Below are positions 12,748 to 24,169 of a DNA stretch of 64,000 bases, one piece after another. The notes under the pieces were generated by a model. It was not told the origin of the DNA. It saw only the letters and a list, made by a program, of their open reading frames with translations, and ran no database searches. Within the stretch, counting starts at the first letter, position 1. The number at the start of each line of letters is the position of its first letter. Source of the stretch: Octopus sinensis (taxonomy: Eukaryota); the NCBI RefSeq assembly GCF_006345805.1, contig NC_043010.1:21762001-21826000 (forward strand), written 5' to 3'. The translations under genes and the position numbers were made by a program.

Positions 12748-12838
12748 TTTTAGCTGATGAGTACGGGACACGTTTATATGCTGTAATTTTTGCAACTTTT
12801 AATAAAGCCTGTCCTTGTATGAAACGATTGTACTAAAA
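12748..12838 (+). ncRNA. hammerhead ribozyme-like motif, type I
   Basis: TTTTAG-CTGATGA-GTACGGGACA..TGTCCTTGTAT-GAAA-CGATTG-T-A-CTAAAA: perfect 6 bp stem I, intact core, long stem II, near-palindromic stem III, GUA triplet. Confidence 0.75.
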
Positions 12839-12868
12839 ACCTATCCATTCTTGTTGCTTCTTTCTCGC

Positions 12869-12946
<78 letters not shown>

Positions 12947-12988
12947 CAAACGGCCAGTTGTAGAATCTCACAAAGAGACCCGACTAAA

Positions 12989-13327
12989 CAGTAAAGCCAC
13001 ACGCCGCATCAAAGTGGCTGTTGAATGTTGCTACTGGTTTAACCCTTGGCAGATTCTCGGCCGTCTGGTCACTGGTACGATTCAGCATTCTTTATGTACA
13101 ATATATTTTGAGCATGTGTGCCAATCCCTACTAGCCTTTAGCAGGTTTCAGGATACCTGCTGGAGGGTGGTAACAATATATTGCATATAAAGCGTGTTCC
13201 TTGCCAACAATTTATTGTATATAAAGGGTGCAGAACCGCATCGTTAACCGGGTGGCGTAGAATCTGCCTGGGGTTAGACTTGTAGTACCATTCAGCATAC
13301 ACTTCGATGTGGCGACTGGCTTTACTA
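12989..13327. mobile_element. MITE or fold-back element with ~80 bp imperfect terminal inverted repeats
   Basis: Left CAGTAAAGCCACACGCCGCATCAAAGTG vs reverse complement of the right end TAGTAAAGCCAGTCGCCACATCGAAGTG; similarity continues to GGCAGATTCT. Confidence 0.6.
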
Positions 13328-13859
13328 TATGTATATATAAGTGTGTGTGGGTGTATGTGTATACACACAAACACACACACACGGACACACTATGATAGTC
13401 ACATTTCTGTACATGTGTTTGTCGTTGGGTATACATGCGTGTGTATTGATATGTGTTGCGAATTTTATTCCAAACATTTTAATGACACATACGCACCATT
13501 GCAATAATTTTCTAATTTTTTGCGTCTTAAGATCCATTTCTATTTTTTACATTTGCGTGCAGCATTTTTGTTTTCCCCTGGCTAACCGCAATGGCATTTC
13601 AGACCAGTTATTGTGTCAAGTTTCACCTTAGCCTTCAATAGGTGAATGAAATATCGGCATTGAACACGAGGCTCATTTATCACGAGGTTGGTTTTGTTTC
13701 TCTCGATTTTTGAATCGAGTAAAGGGCCGTAAGCGCATACAATGACACACATCTCTATTAGAGACAGGAGCAATTATTTGATGATTAAGGAGACCAATGT
13801 AAGAAAAGGGCCCTCCACAAAATGGATTTTTACATTGTCATGGTAGTCGTGATAGTCGC

Positions 13860-15698
13860 AGTCAACACCCCCTCCTCCTTCTCATCAATATCGTCGTCGT
13901 TACCATCATCGCCATCATCACCACCGCAACCACCACTACCACGGTTATCATCGACGCTATCATCTGCTGAAACAGCAGCAGCCACAGCATCGTCGTCGTC
14001 ATCATCGTTCTCTTGCTCCTCCTCTTCCTGCACCTGCTCCTCCTCCTCACCATCATCATCATCTTCATCGTCATCGTTGCTATGGCCAGTACGGTGACCC
14101 TTGTCGGTGGCATCATCATCATCATCACCATCATAATCGTCATCATCATCATCATTATCATCGTCTTCATCATCAGCGTTATCATCATCATCATCATCAT
14201 CATTATCATCGTCTTCATCATCAGCGTTATCATCATCATCATCATCATCGTCGTCGTCATCATCATCTTCATCGTCATCATGTTTACCTCCGCCATCGCC
14301 AGCACAGTCACCCTCGTCGGTGACGTCATCATCATCATCATTATCATCATTATTGTTATCATCGTCCTCACCATCATAATCGTCGTCGTGGTCATCATAT
14401 TCATCATCATTTTACCTCCGCCATCGCCAGCACAGTCACCCCCGTCGGTGAAGTAATCATCATCATCATCACCATTATAATCGTCGTCGTCGTCGTTTTT
14501 GTTGTTGTTATAAACACACACCGTCGTCATTGTCTTAAACCCACACCTGAAGGATCAATGTGATGTTTCAACCTGCAAACATTAACCGTGAAATTTCCTT
14601 TACTTGAACCGTCTATAACTCACGTGATTTAAGTTGAAATTAATTAGTAAAAAAAAACAGTATCTAAAGATCAAATTTTCATATATGTCATAGTATTTCC
14701 ACTTTATTCAAACTGACCACCAATGTCATCAGTGGTATTGCCGTTAGCCGTCCTCTAAACATCAACCTCACCACGGCAACCATTTACCATCAATGTCCAT
14801 ATAGATATACGTCAACAATTGTTAGTAGGTGATGGAGAAATGGATAATGCTCTTCTACAACGCATCTCGCAAACATAATGACCCCTATTGTTGGTTTGTA
14901 GTTTTTTCCTCGCTTTAAAAAAGCATGAAATCCGTACAGTATCCGTTCGTTTATTGGATAAAGCCCAGGTTATTTGTCTGTGTAAGAAATTAATTATTCA
15001 TTTCTTTGGATTCACGAGAAACACACATTAGACATGTCATGTTGAGATACGCTAATCATCTCTGACATCAATGTAGAGAACGAGATGGATGATGACGACG
15101 ATGATGATGATGACGATGATGGTGATGACGACGACGATGATGATGAAGATAATGGTGACGGTGATTGTGATGGTGATGGTGGTGATGGTGATGGTGAGGA
15201 TGATGATGACGGTGATGATGAAGATGATGATGATGATGACGATGATGGTGATGGCGATGATGGTGATGATGGTGATGACGACGATGATACTGCTACTGCA
15301 GCGGCAGACGATGGTGACGATGATAACGGTGGTGGTGAGGGTTGCTGCTGCTGATGATGACGACGAGGGTGATGATGAAGATGATGGTGATGGAGATGGT
15401 GATAATGATGATGTTGACCACGACGATGATGATCCTGCTGCTGCTGCAACAGCAGACAATGGTGAGAGTTGGTGCTGCTGCTGATGATGATGACGATGAG
15501 GAGGAGGAGGAGGAGGAGGCTGATGGTGACGACATATCAAGACAACGACAGCGCTTTGGTTGCGGCTACGATGATGACGACGAAGACGACGGCAATGAAG
15601 TATGATGGTGGTGGTGGTGGAAGTGGTAGTAGTGGAGGTGATGACGGAAATAAGAATGATGTGGATGATGATGATGATGATGATGATGATAGTGATGG

Positions 15699-15730
<32 letters not shown>

Positions 15731-15910
15731 ATGACGATGATTATGATGATATTGTCGTGGCGGCAGTGATGTGATGATGACGGCATTGGTGGCGATATTG
15801 TCGGCGATGAAGAATTTGACAATGTTGATGATGATGATGAGGATGAATAACGGCAAGGACGATTATGGTGCTGCTGCTGCTACTACTGCTGCTATTCCTC
15901 GTCGCCATTG

Positions 15911-15961
<51 letters not shown>

Positions 15962-15966
15962 CCATC

Positions 15967-15998
<32 letters not shown>

Positions 15999-16065
15999 GC
16001 TGTTTATAAAGTCGATGATGACGTTGGCAATGACAGCGACGACGACGACTACCGGGATATGTAAT
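13860..16065. repeat. large degenerate (CAT)n/(GAT)n trinucleotide field in alternating orientation
   Basis: CAT-type ~13860-14500, GAT-type ~15085-15860, CAT ~15905-16005, GAT to ~16060, with a unique spacer at 14530-15080. Confidence 0.9.
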
Positions 16066-16302
16066 GAGAAGGCAATGATGACAGACGTTTCTCTTGAAAA
16101 GCAGGATCTGCGAGAAACAGTAACAGAAAATGGTTGGATGATATCACTTAAAAGAATCTGATGATAATTCAATTAATTTCAAGTCGAACAGCAAAATCAA
16201 ACTTGGCTGTTTTCGGAATGGGCTCGCTTCTAAATATTTTTGATGTCAAAGACAATACTCACGAAAGTAAATATTCTAATAGACCCAAATATGGGAGATT
16301 AT

Positions 16303-16333
<31 letters not shown>

Positions 16334-16484
16334 TATATATATATGTATATAGAGAGAGAGAGAGGAGGAAAGGAGAGCGACAGTCACATACACATGTCTG
16401 TAGGCACACACACACGCACATGTATATATATATAAATATATATATATAAGTATATATATAAGTATATATATGCATACACACACA

Positions 16485-16524
<40 letters not shown>

Positions 16525-16877
16525 CATATATATATATATATATATATAAGATAAACTTATTTGGAAGTGTATGTGTGGAATTCAATCATATAATAATATA
16601 AATATAAAAAATGAATATGCATGTATGTAGATACTTACATATATATGTATATATATGCATAATTGGGGTCAGGACGTCACAAAACGTAAACAACATGAAG
16701 TACGAAAGCAAACTTCGATATGCGAACAACGAGAGAAGCAACTGGAAAAGAAGACAAGTAACATAAAAAACGACCCTTCATCAGTTGTCAGCTGTTCATC
16801 TTCTCTACATTTCGAGCAATTAACGACGATATGAAGATTCGAAAATACAATTGCTCCCGCGAATATATATATATTAT

Positions 16878-17151
16878 TTGACTGTGGCCATGCCAGAGCA
16901 CATCCTTTATATATATATATATTACGGAGATGTACTCGCATAGCAAGTAATTTGATCTGAGATCGTGTGCTGAAACGAAAACAATTGCACCGTGGAAGGT
17001 GTTTATAAGCCATTTAAGAAACACACAAGTGAATCGAACGGCTTTTGTGTGTTTCTTAAATGGCTAATAAACACCTTCCACGCTGCAATTGTATATATAT
17101 ATTTATATACATACATACATAAAGGTGGTGCTCTGGCATGGCCACAGTCAA
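16878..17151. repeat. nested fold-back palindrome
   Basis: Inner arms 16981-17028 and 17045-17092 (48 bp, 2 mismatches). Outer arms 16878-16909 and 17120-17151 (32 bp, 2 mismatches). Confidence 0.9.
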
Positions 17152-17274
17152 GTAACTTAAATTATATTTATAGATAAATTCCTCTATTTTACATAATATC
17201 AGGGTCTCATTCATTCTTTTGCTGTCATATCATTATTATTATTATTATTATTATTACTATTATTATTATTATTA

Positions 17275-17390
<116 letters not shown>

Positions 17391-17690
17391 AAAATTCAGG
17401 GTACAGTATGTACCTGTTTGCTTGAAAGAGGATGTCTATCATCCTATTTGTATTTTAATATTGTATTCTGTGGGAGGGCTGTTTCAGAGAAATATGTTTG
17501 CTATATTATCCGTGCGAGTTTACATACAATGAGAGATGTGTGGGTTTTTTGGGGGGCGGGGTTAATTCCTCATTCAAGCAAAAAGGCACATATTGCACCC
17601 TAACTTTTTATCATATATATATATATATATATATATATTGCTTATTTGAATTATGTTTGCTGGCCACTTTATCATTATTGTTATAGATAA

Positions 17691-19470
17691 CACTGAACAA
17701 CAATTTTTTTTCGTCTGGTGCCTTGAATATTTCAACGAATTCTTAAATGATTTTACCTGCTAAATTCAAAAATAACTTCAGTTCTTCTCTATTTGTTCTA
17801 CTATTCTTTGTAAACCTGATAGAGTAAATATTTTATTCTCACAATTGGCATATATTATAAATCGATAAAAAGAGTGTAACACAAAAGAAAATACAGTACA
17901 AATATTCAAAATTGAAAATGTACGTTGGCAACGATTTTTGTTTGAAAATTCAAGGAATAAATTTGCACCGTGAATGTTGAGCAACAGGTGTATCTCGTTT
18001 TAAACGCCAGCAATAGTCTGCCATCATCACAGGGTGCCAACGTCCTTAGTACCGAGTTTCTATCTGCTTGATGTCCTGATGGAATCGTTTGCTTTGTTCA
18101 TTGTTAACGTCTCCGAGATTTTCAGGAAAACGATCAAGATGACTAAAAAGATATTGATGCTCATATTAGTGCCAATATCACGAAAAGTTGATATCAAGTT
18201 GGTAACAAGATCTTTATAGTTTTCGCATTTCCCAAGGAAATTTTGCTCTACTTCTGCAACGGCTAGGCTAAGCTGATGCTTCATTTTCACTCATTACTCT
18301 CACAAAATTTGTGTCTTTCAAGTGATTATGGATCTTATGGATCTGTGGTCCATCAAAAATCCCTGCTTTAAGTTTTTCAGTCGTCAAGTCTGGAAATACA
18401 CTGCAGATATACTTGAAGCATTCCCCATTTTTGTCAAGAGTTTTGGCGAATTGTTTGGTCAATCCAACTTTGATGTGCAAGGTAGGAGGAATGATCTTTT
18501 AACGGTTAACTAAAGGTTCTTCCAATATATTGGCAGCTCTACTTGGAGCCACATTTGTATAAGTTGGCCAGTCTTTTTTTTAACATAGTGGTTTACTCGG
18601 TCTTTACTGTCCCACATATAAAGAAAGCATGGGTATCTGGTATAACCAGATTCCTGTTCCATAAGAAAATTCACCATCTTTAAATCAACGCGACCCATTT
18701 ATGATCATGATGCAGTATCTTTTCTAAAACCAACTGAATTTCTTCATATTTTTTCTTCAGAGTTGTTGAGCGGCCGAGTGGGACAAAGCCATACGTATTT
18801 GCGTTGTGCAACAGTGCACATTTTAAACTACGCTTAGAGCTGTCTCTCAAAATAAGCCATGCCACTGGTTTGTATTCTTCAATGCCAAATTTATTAAGAA
18901 GCCCACTGACATCTCTGCAGAAACTAGCTTTTCCTCTTTCGTGAAGAAAGAAAAGAACTCCGCTGCTGAATCCGATAATAGGTTATACAGACACCAATCT
19001 CTAGAAGATTCTTCACTGTCAGTCGGGAAGCCACCTGTTCTACAGAAAGTTTAGGGAGGTTCACGTGACGAACTATATTATTCGGCTCTACCTGAGATAC
19101 TAGATGAGGTAAAGTCTCAACTGAAAAGTCTTGATCTCTAGTGTCATCTTCAGGTGATGAATCTTCTTTGGTTGGGAGTCAATTTATCTGAGGCAAGACA
19201 TTGAAAACAGAAACAGGAAGCTCTTCCCTGTGTGGAACCGATCTAAAAGCAAAGGCAAGATTAGGATAGACAAGCGTTTGTCGATTTTCCCGGTTAATAC
19301 CCTTTAAATTTAGCTTAGAAAAATACCAGTCGTCTACGTTATGATAGTAATCAATAACTTAAAATCTTTACCTGATAGGTAAAAAAGAAGGTTATATTTG
19401 GATTCAGGAGACCGATTTTGTATAGGAATGATGTATATTTCCTAAACACGAAAAACCTTGTAGACTAGTG
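17691..19470 (-). mobile_element. Chapaev-like (Chapaev3/CMC) DNA transposon with both ends, decayed
   Basis: Fragments DSSKRSLKCALLHN, VDLKMVNFL..GYTRYPCFLYMWDS, HIKVGLTKQFAK..EKLKAGIFDGPQI, FRDIGTNMSI. Termini CACT...AGTG. TAA on both flanks (17688-17690 and 19471-19473). Confidence 0.8.
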
Positions 19471-19582
19471 TAATGAAAACTTATTTGAATTATAAATTTA
19501 TACTTGCTCACTAACGTTCATTTGGAAGTCGCGGGGCTTTCAGTTGAACAACACGCACGGAGAAATAGTTTATATAGTAAAC

Positions 19583-19640
19583 CTAGCTGATGAGCATTAA
19601 GAGTTGGTTCAACATAGATATCGAAATCACTTGATACTAG
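19583..19640 (+). ncRNA. degenerate hammerhead-like motif
   Basis: CTAG-CTGATGA-(weak stem II)-GAAA-TCACTTGA-T-A-CTAG. Confidence 0.4.
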
Positions 19641-19710
19641 AATATTTATGTTTCTATTTGTATTTTACTAAAAGTATCTAACAAGTGGGACGACTGTTTC
19701 GGAGGAATAT

Positions 19711-20258
19711 ACTCTTTTGTCAGGAAAGTTCGTGCCGATTTTTAAAGGAAAGAAAAAGGTCAATAAATACTTGCCATTACATTCTTAATCAACCAAATAT
19801 AAACCATTTTGTTGCATAATGCGTCTCCATCTTTCCTGTAACTTGAAAATACCCTCTTTTCAGAATTGAGGTGGTTTCATGGCATCTTTTTACGTCATGC
19901 AAGGAATTGAAATTTTTACCATTAAGACTATTCTGAAGAGACCTGAATAAGTGGAAATCCGAAGGAGCAATATCTGGTGAATATGGAGGGTGGGGGTAAC
20001 ACATCCCAGCCGAGCTGCAGCAATTTTTGTCTGGTTCCCAAAGCATCAAGTGCCGAAAATGAACTTTCCTATCTTTCAATTTTAAATGGTTACAGAATTA
20101 ACACAGTTTATAGGAACATAAACCTTCACCCACGAAAAAATAACTTAAACTTAAATGGAGGTGTAGTCAAATCCTATTTTATGGACACAACCAGGTTCTA
20201 AAATAATTCGAAAGGTAAGCTACTATAAATCGGCACGAACTTTCCGGATAACCCAATA
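19711..20258 (-). mobile_element. internally deleted mariner with both TIRs
   Basis: GGAAAGTTCGTGCCGATTT inverted at both ends. The ORF fuses N-terminal MKDRKVHFRHLMLWE to C-terminal HPPYSPDIAPSDFHLFRSLQN. Confidence 0.85.
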
Positions 20259-20800
20259 TTTGCTATATTCTCCGTGCATGTTGACATATAGTGAGAGATG
20301 CGTGGTTTTGGGGTGTTTTAACTTTTCTTTCAACCTAACAGGTACCCTGACTTTATATTATTTATACATTTTTGATTGAAAAATGAATATATAAGTTTTG
20401 ATTGAATAATCACTTTTAGTCCATTATTTCAAAACATTCTGCCGTTTAAATATTTATTATTAATATATACCGTACAAATGTGAATTTCCACATGTGAAAG
20501 CATCTCAAAGCTTGATCCTGTCTAGAATTTATAACATTACACTTGGATGTAAATATCTGGTTAAATTCTACTAAACACAGGTCACATTTTTAAATTCCGC
20601 ATCTATATAGTTTTGCAATACAAATTAATTCTTAATAGTATAGTCTTTGTTTCTGGCTTTAATAAACTAGATTAATTTACTGAGACTTGTTTGGAATCTT
20701 TTATTTTTATCTCTAAGTGAACTCAAATCATTTGTCAGACTCCTCCTCATGTAAAAAATTCATTACCCTCAAATTTAACTTTCAATATTTAAATATTTCA

Positions 20801-21076
20801 TTCTTAGAATAAAGATTGTTTGCCAACATAACATGGCAGACTCGGTTTAGAACGAATGTTGCTGCAATTTAGTTCCCTCCAGCTGGCTATAGGACACGAT
20901 CTGTGTCCAGATTTGGAGCTGAGTGTGGGTGTTAGATTCCCTTGTTCGAAAATATAAGGACACAGATCGCGTCATATAGCCAGCAGGAGACAATGTCTCC
21001 TGGGGCTAAATTACAGTAACATTCGTCCAAAACAAGGACTGCTGTATTATGTTGGCAAATAATCTTTACTCCAAAG
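20801..21076. repeat. imperfect fold-back or MITE-like palindrome with ~108 bp arms
   Basis: AAAGATTGTTTGCCAACATAAC...GATCTGTGTCC (to 20908) mirrored by GGACACAGATC...GTTGGCAAATAATCTTT (from 20958). Confidence 0.75.
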
Positions 21077-21190
21077 TATTGTTGCTGAATATCTCTCGTT
21101 GTGAGATTTGAAAATAGTAATCTTCTAATTCCATTTCTAATTTTACACTTATTTTTCACATAACAGGATTCCTATTTATAATAATTGCAA

Positions 21191-21243
<53 letters not shown>

Positions 21244-21282
21244 TATTATATATATATATATAATATATATATATATTTATAT

Positions 21283-21586
21283 CACGTGATCCCGTGACTG
21301 ACCAGTCCATCAGATGTAGTTACACATGGCTGGTCACAATGCGTTCGCATTGCTTTAGCCTTCGAATGACGCCACCCCGCTGGCTAAGCGAGCAGGCCAA
21401 CAGAAGAAAGAGTGACAGAGAGAGTAGTGAAAGAGTACAGCAGGGATCACCACCCCCTGCCCGAGCCTCGTGGAGCTTTTAGGTGTTTTAGCTCAATAAA
21501 CACTCACAAAGCCCGGTCTGGGAATTGAAACCGCGATCCTACGACCGCGAGTCCGCTGCCCTAACCACTGGGCCATTGCGCCTCCA
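21283..21586 (-). mobile_element. tRNA-headed SINE family C
   Basis: Minus strand head TGGAGGCGCAATGGCCCAGTGGTTAGGGCAGCGGACTCGCGGTCGTAGGATCGCGGTTTCAATTCCC; homologous to 37060-37332. Confidence 0.85.
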
Positions 21587-21618
21587 CACACACAACACAC
21601 ACACACACACACACACAC

Positions 21619-21657
<39 letters not shown>

Positions 21658-21837
21658 TAAATATACATATATATACATATATTATATACATATATATACA
21701 TATATATATATATATACATATACATACATATACATATATATATATATATATATATACATAAATATACATATATATATACATATATATACATATACATATA
21801 TATATATGTATATATATGTATATGTACATATATGTAT

Positions 21838-21898
<61 letters not shown>

Positions 21899-21951
21899 TA
21901 TGTATATATATATATATAATATATATATATATATGTATATGTATGTATATG

Positions 21952-21983
<32 letters not shown>

Positions 21984-21985
<2 letters not shown>

Positions 21986-22096
21986 GAGGCGCAATGGCCC
22001 AGTGCTTAGCGCAGCGGACTCGCGGTCGTAGGATCGCGGTTTCAATTCCCAGACCGGGCGTTGTGAGTGTTTATTGAGCTAAAACACCTAAAAGCT
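21984..22096 (+). mobile_element. SINE family C 5' part, inverted relative to the 21283 copy
   Basis: About 113 bp, 3 mismatches to the reverse complement of 21474-21586. Confidence 0.9.
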
Positions 22097-22104
22097 ATAT
22101 ATAG

Positions 22105-22141
<37 letters not shown>

Positions 22142-22154
22142 TATATTTCTACCA

Positions 22155-22650
22155 GATTTAGTTTTAGTTTGATCACTCATGGTAGATTAAAATTCATTTC
22201 CACCAAGTTCTTTCATACTACTTTTAGATAACGCTATCTTTAAACTATTTGTAGGTGAACTTTTATTCTAATATTAGCGATGTCAAATTGAGTTGTCTCC
22301 CTTTCAGCGACTCTCTTCTATTTGATTTTTATTTTCTCAGATTCCGTTTGACATTATTATGCTTAATATGTAGTATGCTACTCTGATTATAATAGCTTTT
22401 TTGAAGTTCCGATATTATTTTAACGTTATGCGTTGCTATGATTTACGTAATATTTTTGCTAAGACAATAAGCCATGCGAGTCATATGCTTATTAAAAATT
22501 CCATAATATTCATGATTGATTGGAAAATATGTTTCAATTGCTATACTGAACAATTTGGAAAAATTATGATTTATTCGTTTATCAAATGGAATAATTAACC
22601 ATTAAGTATTCTTCGAGTTAAGATCATAATCTTGATTTTTATACCCGTTT
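22155..22650 (-). mobile_element. decayed PLE fragment homologous to 42350-42745
   Basis: Shared blocks CCACCAAGTTCT...TTTAGATAA and TTCGAGTTAAGATCATAAT..TTGAT.TTTATACCC. Confidence 0.5.
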
Positions 22651-23385
22651 TTCCAAGGAGTATACACAGGCACACGCTTACATACATATGCACACTATAA
22701 ACAAACACATGCATCACACACACACACACACAATAAATTCACACTACACACACAAGCGCGCGCATATTTATATATCCTTACAGGGAAATGCGAACGTATA
22801 CTTTTTAATAGTCCTCATTCAAACAAAAACACAAGGCAACATGTGGAATCTGAGTTCTAATAATATATCTTTATGGTCGGTTCCGCTGGTAAAGGAGAAT
22901 GTAAAATACCACAGACGAAATCAGAGTGCCTTGGGCAGTATTTGGGTCATCAGGTTTAATTTACTGCGCCGTTTTTGTTCCCGCAGAGGCTGCCAATCTT
23001 GTACAAGTCTGTATGGGATTATACCCAATAGTTATGCGGTGTCTGAAGTGTAGACATTGAATGTTTTGCACCATGAGGAAGAGAGGATTAGGGTGAAGAT
23101 TTACAGAAGTCAAGAGTGCTGAATAGCTATCAAAAACGCAGATGAATTTCAAAGAGTTTCGTGGTTATATATTTTGGTCCATTTGTCATTAATGGAAATA
23201 GGTTTTCATTTCTGCTGTGCTGCTGCACTTCTTGTCTCTCATTATCTATGAGCTGACAAGATATACAACCTACTTGATTCTTACTAGGCAAGTTGAAGCA
23301 TATTTAAGTCTTTCTTACACCCAGATAAATATATTTTCTGTATATCTGAGTGTCAGTACATTTCATTCGAAAACCACAAGAGGAG

Positions 23386-23531
23386 CATTATTTACATTAT
23401 TTACATTTGACGGATATTTGTCCTCATCTTCTTTGTTGTTAACACAATGTTTCGGCTGATATACCCTCCAGCTTTCATCAGGTGTCTTGGGGAAATTTCG
23501 AACCTGGGTTCTCATTCCTAAGGTATAATAA

Positions 23532-23599
<68 letters not shown>

Positions 23600-23693
23600 C
23601 ATTATTATTATTATTCAGGTTATATTATTATTATTCCGAACTCGGAATCTTGGGGTTAGTAACCCGCGCTCTTAACCACTACGCCATATGCCC
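23386..23693 (-). mobile_element. tRNA-headed SINE (family D) with internal (AAT)n, hammerhead-like motif and (AATGTAAAT)n tail
   Basis: Head GGGCATATGGCGTAGTGGTTAAGAGCGCGGGTTACTAACCCCAAGATTCCGAGTTCG (box A 23676-23686, partial box B 23637-23643). Motif GACAC-CTGATGA-A-AGCTG..CAGCC-GAAA-CAT-T-GTGTT at 23441-23486. Confidence 0.7.
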
Positions 23694-23726
23694 ACGGGCA
23701 TTCAGTTTATTTCAAGAGTCCTTGTC

Positions 23727-23856
23727 AATGAGAACCTACATTCGAAATTTTCCCAAGACACCTGATGAAGGCTGGAGGATATATCAGCCGAAACTTTGTG
23801 TTCACAACAAACAAGATGAGGAGAAATATCCGCCAAATGTAAATAATGTACATAAT
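23727..23856 (+). mobile_element. 5'-truncated second copy of the family D body with hammerhead-like motif
   Basis: GACAC-CTGATGA-A-GGCTG..CAGCC-GAAA-CTT-T-GTGTT at 23757-23802, followed by the same AATGTAAATAATGTA tail. Confidence 0.8.
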
Positions 23857-24169
23857 TCCTCATCTCATAAATATAGAACTGTATTATCTAATCGGTACGG
23901 AGCCGCCACGAGAGGTAGTTAACCGAAAATTACTACAATTCCAAAGACGGGTAATATCTATATCATATATAGAGGCTTCAAAGTCCCACATAATCCACCA
24001 AGATTTATTTTATAGGGGAAAATATATGTTCATTAAAATGAGAGTTAGAATCCCAGGATACGATTGAATGAAAATAAAAACTCAGTTTTTGTTTTTGTAA
24101 TTCCGTTAGGAGGTGCAGTATTGCAATACTACCACATCTTGTCCGGTAATTTTACTAATTTATTAGTGA

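Noticed and set aside
13822-16172. Asp-, His-, Met- and Ser-rich ORFs of up to 256 aa
   Set aside because: They are open in several frames and on both strands because of the trinucleotide repeat. No unique domain or splice context supports a biomineralisation-type or other protein.
21500-23693. tRNA-like sequences (SINE heads at 21586, 21984, 23693 and others)
   Set aside because: They lack a complete acceptor stem and T arm and continue into repeat bodies, so they are not tRNA genes.
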